Shown one piece after another: positions 19,319 through 30,028 of a stretch of 64,000 bases of DNA. The stretch is from Bacteroidota bacterium. GTDB lineage: Bacteria; Bacteroidota; Bacteroidia; UKL13-3. The stretch's first letter is position 1. Each line of letters begins with the position of its first letter. The DNA is taken from assembly GCA_040388375.1 (NCBI GenBank), contig JAZKBU010000001.1, forward strand, positions 272,996 through 336,995. Direction: 5' to 3'. Under the pieces are notes generated by a model. It worked only from the letters and a program-made list of their open reading frames with translations. It was not told the DNA's origin and made no database searches. The position numbers and the translations under genes are program-made.

Positions 19319-19966
19319 ATGGAAGAACTAAATACCTATATAGAACATACCAACCTTAAAGCTGACTGTGTAAAAGAAGATATTATCAAGCTTTGCAACG
19401 AGGCCATTGAACACCAGTTTCATGGTATATGCGTATCGCCATACTATTTACAGTTAGCTAAAAAAACAATTGGTAAAAAACCAATAAAACTGGTAACAGT
19501 AGTTGGTTTTCCTTTAGGTTATTCAACCGTTGGTGCAAAAGTAGAAGAGGCAAAAAAAGCAATCATTGCAGGAGTTGACGAAATTGATATGGTGATGAAT
19601 ATTACTGCCTTTAAAAATGGTGATATGCAAACCGTTTTAAATGATATTCAATCAGTAGTTACCGTTTGCCATCTTCAAAACAAAAAAATAAAAGTTATTA
19701 TTGAAACTGCTTATTTAAGCGATGAAGAAATAAAACTAGCGTGCAAAGCATGTATTGATTGCGAAGTAGATTATGTAAAAACATCAACTGGACACGCAAG
19801 CACCGGAGCTGATTTAGAAAAGGTAAAACTAATGCGTAAAACATTACCTAAAAAAATTAAGATAAAAGCAGCCGGGGGCATCAAAACAAAAAAAGAAGCC
19901 ATTGCTTTTATTGAAGCTGGTGCTGATATAATAGGCTCTTCTAATAGTATTGAAATTATTAATTAA
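19319..19966 (+). CDS. deoC: Deoxyribose-phosphate aldolase
   Basis: A TIM-barrel DeoC with the Schiff-base lysine context VDYVKTSTGHA and the KAAGGIKT motif. Confidence 0.88.
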   Translation: MEELNTYIEHTNLKADCVKEDIIKLCNEAIEHQFHGICVSPYYLQLAKKTIGKKPIKLVTVVGFPLGYSTVGAKVEEAKKAIIAGVDEIDMVMNITAFKNGDMQTVLNDIQSVVTVCHLQNKKIKVIIETAYLSDEEIKLACKACIDCEVDYVKTSTGHASTGADLEKVKLMRKTLPKKIKIKAAGGIKTKKEAIAFIEAGADIIGSSNSIEIIN

Positions 19967-20378
19967 CATGAATACCTATCTAAAATACTACGTCTTCGCA
20001 ATCTTTCTATTTTGTAGTTATTTATCAATAGCACAAAAAAAACAGCATGGCTCCATTCAGATTAAAGGCGAAACTACTTTTTTAGATAGTTTAATAGAGA
20101 AGAATAAAACCGTTAATAGTGCCAATAAAGTAATAAAGGGATATAGAATTCAACTATTTTCGGGTACAGAAAGAAACAATGCAAATGCTGTTAAAACAAA
20201 ATTCTTAAAACTTTTCCCCGATCAAACTGCTTACTTAATATATAATCAACCGTACTTTAAAATACGCGTTGGCGATTTCAGAACTAAAATTGATGCTGAA
20301 ATTTTTTATAATAAAATAAAGGCCGAATTTGGAGAGTGTATTATTATAAGCGATAATATAAGCCTACCAAAACTTTAA
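19950..20378 (+). CDS. SPOR-domain (peptidoglycan-binding) protein
   Basis: N-terminal signal/TM and a C-terminal SPOR-like fold (GYRIQLFSG...AYLIYNQPYFKIRVGDFRTKIDAE). It overlaps the deoC 3' end by 17 nt. Confidence 0.65.
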   Translation: MKLLINMNTYLKYYVFAIFLFCSYLSIAQKKQHGSIQIKGETTFLDSLIEKNKTVNSANKVIKGYRIQLFSGTERNNANAVKTKFLKLFPDQTAYLIYNQPYFKIRVGDFRTKIDAEIFYNKIKAEFGECIIISDNISLPKL

Positions 20379-21136
20379 TATACTACTTTAGTTAAATACA
20401 AACCTTTAGCCGGCACAGAAGTACCCGCCTCTGATCTGTTTTTACTAGCCAGTATTTCCTCTAATTCCTTTAAAGTAGTTTGGTGCAGTCCAATTTCAAT
20501 TAAGGTACCAACAATAGCTCTAACCATATTGCGTAAAAAACGGTTTGCCCTTATTGTAAAAACCAACCTCCCATCCTCCTTACTCTCCCAAAAAGCAAGC
20601 ATCAAATCGCACCTAAAATTATTTACCTGCGTATGCACTTTACTAAAACATTCAAAATCTTTGTGCACTAATAGTATCTGACATGCTTCATTCATCAAAG
20701 TAATGTCTAGCTCCCGCATAAATACCCATGCCAAATCATTCATAAAAGGATTAGGTTTGGTATTAATTACATACTCATACTCTCTGTATTTTGCATCAAA
20801 ACGAGCATTAAAGTTTGAATCAACAAGTGTTATGGCATAAATAGCTATATCCTTACTTATTACCTGGTTTATTTTATGAAGAATGATGGGTGTATCTATT
20901 AATTGCTCACTTTCAAAATGTGCTACAAATTGTTTTGCATGAACTCCCGTATCAGTTCTGCCACATCCAATTGTTTCAACCGGGTTACGTAATATTAAAG
21001 CTAGTTTTTCTTCCAGCTCCTGCTGTACACTTAACGCATTGGGCTGTCTTTGCCAGCCATGAAAGTGAGTGCCTTTGTACGCCAGGTCTATTGCATATTT
21101 ATTCATCAATCTTTTATAAATAAACAAAACCCCCAA
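20375..21136 (-). CDS. truA: tRNA pseudouridine(38-40) synthase TruA
   Basis: Catalytic Asp motif GCGRTDTGVHA and a length of 253 aa. Confidence 0.9.
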   Translation of the reverse strand: MGVLFIYKRLMNKYAIDLAYKGTHFHGWQRQPNALSVQQELEEKLALILRNPVETIGCGRTDTGVHAKQFVAHFESEQLIDTPIILHKINQVISKDIAIYAITLVDSNFNARFDAKYREYEYVINTKPNPFMNDLAWVFMRELDITLMNEACQILLVHKDFECFSKVHTQVNNFRCDLMLAFWESKEDGRLVFTIRANRFLRNMVRAIVGTLIEIGLHQTTLKELEEILASKNRSEAGTSVPAKGLYLTKVVY

Positions 21137-21178
21137 AAGCTAAGCTCTTGAGGGTTTTGTTTTATGGTAATTAAACGC

Positions 21179-24100
21179 TTATTGTTTAATTAAAGTTTTA
21201 ACAATTACATCATCACCAACTTTCACTTTTATAAAGTAAGTTCCGGCTGCTGTAAATAAATTCTCTGCCAATTCTCTTTCGTGTTTACCACTCGACAATT
21301 TACCTAAATCAATATTTGAAATAGTTCTACCTAATACATCTGTAATAGAAACCGAAACATCAGTTGCTGTTTCAAGATTGAAACTGATAAATGCATTGTT
21401 TGCAAATGGATTTGGATAAGCACTTAAGTTAAATTTAGCAGCTAACTCTTCGTTTATACCAACACCAACCGATACTCTTACTGTATCATAATAAGTAACC
21501 TCACATCCTTCAGGAGTTGTTACTTTTACTCTAGCAGTGTAAACACCTTTTTTATTGTAGATGAATACAGCTGAATCAGTTTTAGTTGAAGAATAAGATG
21601 AGCTATCAGCATCACCAAAGTTCCAAGTATATTTAGTTCCTGAATTTGGAGCAGGAGCAGGAGTTACACCTGCCGTAAATGTTACTTTATTATCACTAGT
21701 AAATCTGCTTGCAGGAATAGTGCTATGTACTTTAGTATAGCTAACTGTTGGTTTAGCAACAACTGTAATATAACCTGTACTTGTTGATTGACAACCGTTA
21801 GCAGTTGCAATTAAGAAATATTGGTAACGAACAGGGCTGGCAGTGTAAGAAGAGAATGTATTACAAGCTCCGCTAGAACCAGAATTACCAAATAACCAGT
21901 TACAAGTAATACTACTTTGGTTAGGTGAGAATGATTTACTTGTAAAGAATACATTATTTCCTTCACATACTTTGTAGTCTTTTAAACCAATAGCAGTTAC
22001 TCCAGATACTTCGTCAACCGCAGTTGGAGATAAATTAGCACTTACTTCTTTAGTAATAGAGTCTTTACAACCAAATAATCTGTTAGAAGCTACTAATTTA
22101 ACTACAAAAGGATTATCGCTGTTGTTAGATAAGTAACGGTGTTTAGGGTCTTGTAAATTATTAATTCCGCTATTGTCACCGAAGTCCCATGCATAATCAG
22201 CATTTTGGATACCTGCACCATAAACTGTTTGATTAGTAAATTGAGCTGAATCGTTAACACAAACTGTTAATGCTTGGAAATCTGGTTTCGGTGTTTCGTA
22301 AACCGTTACAATTTGTGAAGTAGTATCCTCACAACCTGCTTGGGTTTGTGCTCTTAAGCTAACTCTGAAACTACCACTTAAAGGGAATGTGTATTCAAAT
22401 GTTTTAGATACTCTCGTATCACCATTACTCATAGTCCAGAATAAACCAATATTTTCACCTGTTGATATACTTGTACTATCTAAGTAAGGTAACAATGTAC
22501 CTTGACAATGGCTTGTAACAGTAAATTTAGCTTTAGGTTTAGCATATGATGGGAATATACGCTCATTGAAAGCAAAACAACCAGTAGCAGTGTTCGTAAC
22601 AGTCAATGAAACTTTATAGTTTGTATCAGCTTTATCAAAAGCAAATGATGTGCTAGCAGTTGTTCTGGTAATACCACCAGGTAAGCTCCATAAGTATGAT
22701 ATACCGGTGCCAGTAGCTGCAGCTGTGAAATAAGTAGAATCTAATTGACAAACAATTGAATTAGAACTTACAGTATAATTTCCGGTTGGAGATTGTAATA
22801 CTCTGATATCTCTTTCAACACTATCACTTAAACCAAGTCCGGTTTGAATACGCAATTTAACTCTGTAAATACCTGGAGAATTCCAAGTTTTCTTAACCGG
22901 CTCAGTAAATCCAATTCCATTACCAGTACCAAAATTAGAAGTAGTTCCGTCACCAAAGTTCCAGAAATATTGATTACCAGATGCAGCCGTTCCTGTTCCT
23001 GAAATAGTAAAGTTTAAAACGTTACCAGTACAAGCTGAATCAGTACGAGGAGCAGTTACAAAATTAATAGTTAAAGGATCTACAACTCTTACGTAACGAG
23101 TAACAGTGGTATCGCAATTAGTAGCTAAGAATCTAATAGTTGTTGTTAATGCATATAATTGGTCAACTTCTGAAGCATCAGCTGTAAATACTGCTTTAGA
23201 TGGATTGCCTCCGCTTGGAGCCGTAAATGTAAAGTTTACAGCAGGTGTGCTACTGCTAAAATTAGCCATGCTTGTGTTTACAATAGTCCAAGCTGTTCCA
23301 TAGCTGGCATCAGCCAAGTAAGAAACAGGAGAAAGTATATTATAGGTAATTGATCTGCCTACTTTAACTCCATCAGGTTCAAACTGTGAACCTGCGTTCG
23401 CTGAACCGTTAAATGCATTTAAAGATAAATCAGGAATGATATAACCACCATCAGCATTTTTACGAGTAAATCTATTGATAATAGCAGTAAATGGTCCACC
23501 AGGTAAGTTATTTACACATATAACAGGCTGTGTAAGAACATTAATAGGTTGGTAAGTTGCAGTATTATAATTAATAGCTGAAACAACGTAACGTAATGTA
23601 TCAATTTGACGATTTGCTAAATTTAAAGTGATAGGTGAAGCACTGTTATTACCATAAGATGAATCTAATACTCCAATTGGGTTTCCAGAATTATCTAATT
23701 GAATAGCTCTGTATACAAAACGAGAATCTGTGTTCGGTATATTTACCTGAACAGGTTGGTTAAGATTACATACTGTAGTTGTTGTTGGAGTAATAACCTG
23801 ATTTTGTGCTCCATCAAATATCTGAATATCATCAATCAATATGTTTTGACCTGCACCAGCACTTACTGCTTCAATTTGAATTTTATAAGTTAAACCTGCA
23901 GTTTTATAGTCTGTTAAACAAACTTCAATTGGGAAATAATCAGCAAATGGTGAATTAGCATTAGGTCTTAATGCAAATTTCAACAGATTAGAAGCAAAAC
24001 CATTAACCAAAACTTTAATTGCAATTGAATCTTTTCTTGTAACACTTGTGTTACTTTGAGAGAACATAATACGCAATGTTGGGTTTTGAAGTACACTTAA

Positions 24101-27100
24101 ATTAAAGCAAGGAGAGATTAAACGAGCAGTTGCACCTGTAGCTAAAGTACTTGAGCTGAATAATGCGTTTTTAAGACCACTGTAAGCCGATTGAGACGGG
24201 TTTGAAATTGATCCGAAAGCAGCTAAATCCCATGAAGCACCACCACTTACTGTTTGTGAAGTCCATCCGTTAGCACCATTTTCAAAGTCCATAGTGTATG
24301 GGAAAGTTGAAATTCCTGTTTGTAAAGTATCCCAAGCTTTTCCAATCGGATAAATACCATTATTAGGCGTGATATCATTAGCTGAAATTCTGTACTCAAT
24401 AACACCTCCGGTAAATGCCGAAGCAGGAATTGCGTACGTTTTAACTAATAAGCCACCACTGTTAGTAGTACTTGACACAGCTTGAAGGGTGCTTATTGCT
24501 CCTCCGTTAACTCTATAATAGAAAGTATCATTTAAGTAGTTTTTATCTGCTACTATAAAATCGATTGTATTAAACAATGCATTTAAACAAGGGGCAATAG
24601 CAGATGGTACTATTCTAGGGGCAACGCTATCTAAATTGTTACCACCTGTGTACTCATGAGCTCCCATTGTAGGATTTAAGAAGTTTCTTGAAGTACCAAT
24701 AACATCTGAAGTAATACCAGGGAAAGGCATTGCAGCACCATAAATTACTGAATTAATTAAAGCAGGAATAAATAAATTAGTGTCATTTGTAAAAGGCACA
24801 TTGAATGATGTTGAATAAACATCATCGTTGGTAAATTTATTTAAATTATCCCAACCAGTATATCCAATAGGACTTACAGCTGCATTTGCTGTAAACTCAG
24901 CATTAGTAGCTGAAGTAGCTTGTACATAATAGTTATTATTATTTGAAACAGTAAACGGATTGATATTAGCTCCAATTAAAACACCACTTGCTCTGGTTGT
25001 TGTAGCATTACCTCCTAATCTGTTTTTAAATATATTGTTAACCATATAAAGTCCACTTCTAGAAGCCAATGTAGCAGATGTAGAAGTAAACTGGCCGGCT
25101 AATGCCACACAAGCACTTTGACCTGATGTTAAAACATTAGCTGTTCCTAAATTAATAGAGTTATAAACTATTTTGATGTTTGAATTATCAACTGTAATAC
25201 CAGCATCTAAAGCTATACCATATGGATTATTAATGAAAGTACCGCTACCTAAACCAGAAATACCTGATATCATGTTATTTTGAATAGAAGTGCTGTTCCA
25301 GATATTAGCATTATCAGAACCAAAGTTCATGTAAATACCATAAGCACCACCAGCTAAAGTTGTTTGTATGTTTTTAATAATGTTGCCATTAATAACATTA
25401 GCCGAATCTAAAATGGTATTAGAACCTGCAATTGTAGCTAACTCAATACCTCTTGGAGTGGTAAATGTTCTGATATTGTTTTGGATTTGGTTTTTCTCAA
25501 TAGTAGCTCTGTGTTGGCCTACTACAAAAATACCTGCAGCATTATTAATACCACCATAATAGTTAGTTGGAGTTGCACCACCCGGAGCGATATCACCACC
25601 AATAACATTTTCTCCAACGTAGGTACCGAAATCATGTTGTCCTCTAACACCGTTACCTCTTAAGTAAACACCATATTGGCAACCACCAATAAAGTTATTA
25701 GTAAATCCGTTTGCGTTATTTCCGCCTATTCCGGCAGAGTTAGAAGGTGTAGATACTATACCTCCCATATAAATAGCTGCAAATGTATTGTTGGTACTTG
25801 TTGTTGAGTTACCAATTAAATTACAGTTGTTTACAAAGTTATTGGTACTTGCCAAGTTAGTTGACAAGATAGCATCCTGCCATCCGATGATATCAATAAT
25901 TTTTTGTGAAGGGTTATTCATTGATGCAGGCATAACAATAGTTAAATCTCTCGATTTAGTTCCATTGTTTGAACCATCAAAACCGAAGTAACGACCGCTT
26001 GAAACTCTAATCAAACTTGAAGTTGTTGCTGGAGCCGGAGAAGTTGAAATCAAAGTAAATTTAATAGTGTCCTGACGACCTGCAGCAACAGTTACTGTTA
26101 CAGGAACATTTGCATTTGCAAAAGGATAATCTAATACAGTGATTGGACCAAAGAAAGTATCTGTTTCACCAACATAACCACTTGATAAAACTAATTTTGC
26201 AGGGTTAACACCGCTAAATGATAAACCAGTTCCAAAAGCATTCAAATATTCAACAGCTGAGCGTAAGGTTCTGAATGAACCGGTACCTGATGCTGCTAAT
26301 GTAGGATAATTGTCAACACCATTAATTTGGTAAATTCCACCTGGTTGTAAAGGAGCATTGGTAACACTAAAGCTAACCGCACCTAATGATGAACCAGTAG
26401 AAGCCCTACCTATTCCATAAATATCAGTTAAAACTACCGCAACCGAACCACCTAAAGTATATCTAGAACCAGCAGAAACACTTAATAAATCAGGTAAAGT
26501 ATCTGATATGAATTTAGACGGCCAAGAGAATGAACTTAAATCAGCCGTTGTTCCGGTAAATTGACGTAATGTATTAATATTAGATCTGTTTACAGTAGCT
26601 GAATTATTTGCCATTAAGAAATGATTTGTAAGTGGAGCAACTGAGTTACCTGAAACAAAATAAGCATTAAAGTCTGACGCAGGTGTTGTATAAGTAGCGC
26701 TAGCTGTAAATGGAGAACCTAAACTAGTACCAACAACAACTGCATATTTATTACCTGGTGTTGTTCTATTTCCAGAAACTCCGAATATGTTATTGATACT
26801 TGAAATACCACCTGTTACGTTTGTATTGATAAATAAAGCTGAAATTGAACTACCCGCATTTAAGTTAAGTGTTCCATTCATGTGAATAGTATTATTAACC
26901 AAAGTAACTAAATCAGCAGCTGATTGAACCTGTGTTGCATCAATTAAAACTCCTGTTGGATTTAATGCACTAAAGTTTGTGCTGGCACCTCTTGAGTCTA
27001 TTCTACCAATAAAGTTATTCGCCAACATATGAGATCTTTTACCTGTAGCAGCTGTAAAATTATATCTTACACCATATATATTAGTTCCCGTAGCAGTAAC

Positions 27101-29929
27101 TAAATTATAGATAAAGTTTTTAGTAATTGAAATACCAAAGTTAGGATAAACAATACCAGCTGAGGTACTTTCATCAATATCAATACCTCTAAAACCAGAT
27201 GAAAGAGAAGTTGTTGCCACACAGTTTCTAATAACATTAGAATCAATAACGGTAGCCTCTGCTCCTTTAATGTAAATACCAGCTTGATCTGCAGCACCAC
27301 CAATATAGGTAGTGTTTAAAGAACCACCCGGAGCTACTGTTCCACCTATAGTATTTCTTAAAATAGAAAGATTCTGAATTCTGTTGGTAACAAAAGAAGG
27401 TAGCGAACCAGCAAAAGCAGGAGGTGTTGCTGAAGGATTTCCTCCGGAACCTCTAACGTAAATACCATTTCTTACACCTTGAATATAATTGCTTTCAAAT
27501 GTAAACCCGATATTGGCAACAGTTCTCAAGGTATCAAAATTACCAGTAGTAGGTAAAGGATTACCCATGTAAATTCCGGCAAAAGTATTAACTGCACTTG
27601 GTGAAGTACATCCAACAATATTTAAATTTCTAATTGTAATATTTTGAGATGATGTATCTGTAGGAGTAATACCAATAACTCTAGCATTTACCGCAGAAGA
27701 TAAAGGTTGGAACATAACTGTTAAATTACGGCCTGTTCTACCATCTATAGTAATGTTTCTACCTCCTAATATTCTAATTACCGAAGAGTTATTTGGGTTT
27801 AATGCATTTGGAGCCCAAATAGTATCAACCCAACCTGTTTGGGTTCTGATAATTACATTGTTTGAAGGACCTGAACCTACGTAATCTACAATAGCAGGAA
27901 TCCAGTTTGTTTCTCTTGGGTAATTAGCTTTAATCTCTAGAATAACATCATTTTGGTTAGCTGAAATACCATAAGCATTTAAATAAGTAATTGCTTCTGC
28001 TAAATCTTTAAAACTACCTGTATTAGGAGTTTGGCTTACTGGAGGTGCAGAGTTTCCATTTACTGAATAGGTTCTACCACCCATTAATGGAGAAGGGTTA
28101 TTGGTAGAATCACCAACCCATTGGTGACATCCAATTGATGTAAATCTGCCTAAACCTGTTCTTGTATTACCTAAAATGTCTTCAGTAACTTTATTTCTTA
28201 CTGAATCTGATAACCATTTAGCAAAAAAGCCCAATTGATTTAAAGAATAAGCTCTATTAAACATTCTATGGCTTACGCCTGCTGCAACTGTTAATATAGT
28301 ATCTGATTGATAAGGAGGAATGGTATTGTAGCTATTCGAATCTGAAGGATTATATAGTCTATAATTTTTCAATGTTGAAATTTGTCTATAAATAGCACCT
28401 GCATTGATAGCAGCAACAAAAGCATAACCACCACCTAAAGTATTAGTATGGTAATTATTAAAGTTTGAATACGAAATAGGATTAACTGTAGAGTTTCTGA
28501 TAAATACATAATTTTGGTAACCACTTGTATTGCTTACAAGTCTTCCCATTGTATTTGAAAACGAGTTATTTAATAATTTAATACCACCAGTTGTTCCTGT
28601 TCCTGTTACAAAACAAGCTGAAATGGCATTAGCGGCTAAAGTATCACCAACTAAATTAATTGAATTAAATAATACTTCAAGACCGGCATAACTGGTTGTG
28701 TTATCAACCAAAATACCTGCTGTATAGTTTAAAGAAGCAAAAGTAGCACTACCATTTATAGAAGCTACTCTACTAATAGAGTTATTTGCTATTAATATAT
28801 TACGTGTAGTAGTATGTGTATTTAAACTAACTCTAATACCATAAATACCTTGACCAATTACATTACTAAATAAATTATAGATTTTGTTTTTTGTAACTCT
28901 GATATTTGAGTCAATACCAATTGAAGCAACATCAGCAACCAACCTGATACCAGCAAAACTTGCTGAAGTTAATAATGTGTTTCTAACAGTGTTATTTGAA
29001 ATAGTTGAATTAGCTACTGTTTGAACATAAATACCTGATGAGTTAGTTCCACTTCCGATAAAAGCTGTATTTGCAGCATTTGTTGGATTTGAATAATCAC
29101 CTATAATATTGTTAGTAATATTAATACCAGTATCTTGAGAAGCAAATGAAGTAGTATTGGTTGGAAAACCTCTATGGTAAATACCGTTTTGAACGGCCAT
29201 AATTAAATTGTTGGTATATGATATATTTAAGTTGGTACCTAAAGTAGCACTTGAAGGTGTTCCTGCACTACCACCAAAATAAATACCTGCATAGGTATTA
29301 ATAGTTGTTGCAGTTGAGTTACCTACTATCACACAATTTTTAATGTTTACATTTCTAACCCTGTTAGTTGCACTTGGAATAATATCAATAACTTTTGCTG
29401 AAGCCGTTGATGATAATAATTGGAAAGTAATATTTCTTTGACCGGCAGTTCCACTTCCATCAATAGTAAAATCAGTACTACCGAATATTCTGAATAAACT
29501 TCCGTTAGCAGCTATGGCTGCTGCAGTAGTAATGGTAAAGTTTAAACCCGGAGCAGGTTTTAATACAATTGGACGAGCCGCACCCATGTTTGGATAACCT
29601 GCACCAGTTGTTTTTCCCACCTGAATAGCTGTCGGCTCACTTCCTGAATAACCTGAAGCAAGTAAAATAGTAATAGTACCCGGTGCTTTTGTTACGTCAA
29701 CACCACTATCAGCTAAGTATGGCATAATTCCAGCATAACTTGGATAGCCTGCACCACTTAAACTAACAAAAGTGTCACGTGGTAAAACCTGATCGGTTTG
29801 CCCGTTAACAACATATGTTTGCCCCCCGATGAGTCCATTTTGAGCATAAACACTATTGGAGCTGAGTCCAATAATCACGGCTAGATAGATAACTAACCTT
29901 AGGTAAAAATTAGTAGATTTTGAATTCAT
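21179..29929 (-). CDS. Giant (2916 aa) secreted repeat protein with T9SS C-terminal sorting domain (type A)
   Basis: It has a signal peptide. Three paralogous ~580-aa Asn/Thr/Gly-rich modules with beta-helix-like periodicity each begin with a conserved head (GQTYVVNG / GRTYSVNG...GSFKDLAEAITYLNAYG / GGIYQINGV...GSFRTLRSAVEYLNAFG). Several PKD-like domains follow (YFWNFGDGTT, YAWDFGDNSG, YTWNFGDADS). A Por_Secre_tail-like C-terminus closes the protein (NLSAYPNPFANNAFISF...YFIKVKVGDDVIVKTLIKQ). Confidence 0.85.
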   Translation of the reverse strand: MNSKSTNFYLRLVIYLAVIIGLSSNSVYAQNGLIGGQTYVVNGQTDQVLPRDTFVSLSGAGYPSYAGIMPYLADSGVDVTKAPGTITILLASGYSGSEPTAIQVGKTTGAGYPNMGAARPIVLKPAPGLNFTITTAAAIAANGSLFRIFGSTDFTIDGSGTAGQRNITFQLLSSTASAKVIDIIPSATNRVRNVNIKNCVIVGNSTATTINTYAGIYFGGSAGTPSSATLGTNLNISYTNNLIMAVQNGIYHRGFPTNTTSFASQDTGINITNNIIGDYSNPTNAANTAFIGSGTNSSGIYVQTVANSTISNNTVRNTLLTSASFAGIRLVADVASIGIDSNIRVTKNKIYNLFSNVIGQGIYGIRVSLNTHTTTRNILIANNSISRVASINGSATFASLNYTAGILVDNTTSYAGLEVLFNSINLVGDTLAANAISACFVTGTGTTGGIKLLNNSFSNTMGRLVSNTSGYQNYVFIRNSTVNPISYSNFNNYHTNTLGGGYAFVAAINAGAIYRQISTLKNYRLYNPSDSNSYNTIPPYQSDTILTVAAGVSHRMFNRAYSLNQLGFFAKWLSDSVRNKVTEDILGNTRTGLGRFTSIGCHQWVGDSTNNPSPLMGGRTYSVNGNSAPPVSQTPNTGSFKDLAEAITYLNAYGISANQNDVILEIKANYPRETNWIPAIVDYVGSGPSNNVIIRTQTGWVDTIWAPNALNPNNSSVIRILGGRNITIDGRTGRNLTVMFQPLSSAVNARVIGITPTDTSSQNITIRNLNIVGCTSPSAVNTFAGIYMGNPLPTTGNFDTLRTVANIGFTFESNYIQGVRNGIYVRGSGGNPSATPPAFAGSLPSFVTNRIQNLSILRNTIGGTVAPGGSLNTTYIGGAADQAGIYIKGAEATVIDSNVIRNCVATTSLSSGFRGIDIDESTSAGIVYPNFGISITKNFIYNLVTATGTNIYGVRYNFTAATGKRSHMLANNFIGRIDSRGASTNFSALNPTGVLIDATQVQSAADLVTLVNNTIHMNGTLNLNAGSSISALFINTNVTGGISSINNIFGVSGNRTTPGNKYAVVVGTSLGSPFTASATYTTPASDFNAYFVSGNSVAPLTNHFLMANNSATVNRSNINTLRQFTGTTADLSSFSWPSKFISDTLPDLLSVSAGSRYTLGGSVAVVLTDIYGIGRASTGSSLGAVSFSVTNAPLQPGGIYQINGVDNYPTLAASGTGSFRTLRSAVEYLNAFGTGLSFSGVNPAKLVLSSGYVGETDTFFGPITVLDYPFANANVPVTVTVAAGRQDTIKFTLISTSPAPATTSSLIRVSSGRYFGFDGSNNGTKSRDLTIVMPASMNNPSQKIIDIIGWQDAILSTNLASTNNFVNNCNLIGNSTTSTNNTFAAIYMGGIVSTPSNSAGIGGNNANGFTNNFIGGCQYGVYLRGNGVRGQHDFGTYVGENVIGGDIAPGGATPTNYYGGINNAAGIFVVGQHRATIEKNQIQNNIRTFTTPRGIELATIAGSNTILDSANVINGNIIKNIQTTLAGGAYGIYMNFGSDNANIWNSTSIQNNMISGISGLGSGTFINNPYGIALDAGITVDNSNIKIVYNSINLGTANVLTSGQSACVALAGQFTSTSATLASRSGLYMVNNIFKNRLGGNATTTRASGVLIGANINPFTVSNNNNYYVQATSATNAEFTANAAVSPIGYTGWDNLNKFTNDDVYSTSFNVPFTNDTNLFIPALINSVIYGAAMPFPGITSDVIGTSRNFLNPTMGAHEYTGGNNLDSVAPRIVPSAIAPCLNALFNTIDFIVADKNYLNDTFYYRVNGGAISTLQAVSSTTNSGGLLVKTYAIPASAFTGGVIEYRISANDITPNNGIYPIGKAWDTLQTGISTFPYTMDFENGANGWTSQTVSGGASWDLAAFGSISNPSQSAYSGLKNALFSSSTLATGATARLISPCFNLSVLQNPTLRIMFSQSNTSVTRKDSIAIKVLVNGFASNLLKFALRPNANSPFADYFPIEVCLTDYKTAGLTYKIQIEAVSAGAGQNILIDDIQIFDGAQNQVITPTTTTVCNLNQPVQVNIPNTDSRFVYRAIQLDNSGNPIGVLDSSYGNNSASPITLNLANRQIDTLRYVVSAINYNTATYQPINVLTQPVICVNNLPGGPFTAIINRFTRKNADGGYIIPDLSLNAFNGSANAGSQFEPDGVKVGRSITYNILSPVSYLADASYGTAWTIVNTSMANFSSSTPAVNFTFTAPSGGNPSKAVFTADASEVDQLYALTTTIRFLATNCDTTVTRYVRVVDPLTINFVTAPRTDSACTGNVLNFTISGTGTAASGNQYFWNFGDGTTSNFGTGNGIGFTEPVKKTWNSPGIYRVKLRIQTGLGLSDSVERDIRVLQSPTGNYTVSSNSIVCQLDSTYFTAAATGTGISYLWSLPGGITRTTASTSFAFDKADTNYKVSLTVTNTATGCFAFNERIFPSYAKPKAKFTVTSHCQGTLLPYLDSTSISTGENIGLFWTMSNGDTRVSKTFEYTFPLSGSFRVSLRAQTQAGCEDTTSQIVTVYETPKPDFQALTVCVNDSAQFTNQTVYGAGIQNADYAWDFGDNSGINNLQDPKHRYLSNNSDNPFVVKLVASNRLFGCKDSITKEVSANLSPTAVDEVSGVTAIGLKDYKVCEGNNVFFTSKSFSPNQSSITCNWLFGNSGSSGACNTFSSYTASPVRYQYFLIATANGCQSTSTGYITVVAKPTVSYTKVHSTIPASRFTSDNKVTFTAGVTPAPAPNSGTKYTWNFGDADSSSYSSTKTDSAVFIYNKKGVYTARVKVTTPEGCEVTYYDTVRVSVGVGINEELAAKFNLSAYPNPFANNAFISFNLETATDVSVSITDVLGRTISNIDLGKLSSGKHERELAENLFTAAGTYFIKVKVGDDVIVKTLIKQ

Positions 29930-30028
29930 ATATTTAACTTTTATTTATTTTTTTAATAACAATTGAGTTTACTAAATTAAACATTCATAGCAGTAATGCA
30001 AATAATTGCCCGAAATTTTGATTTATTT

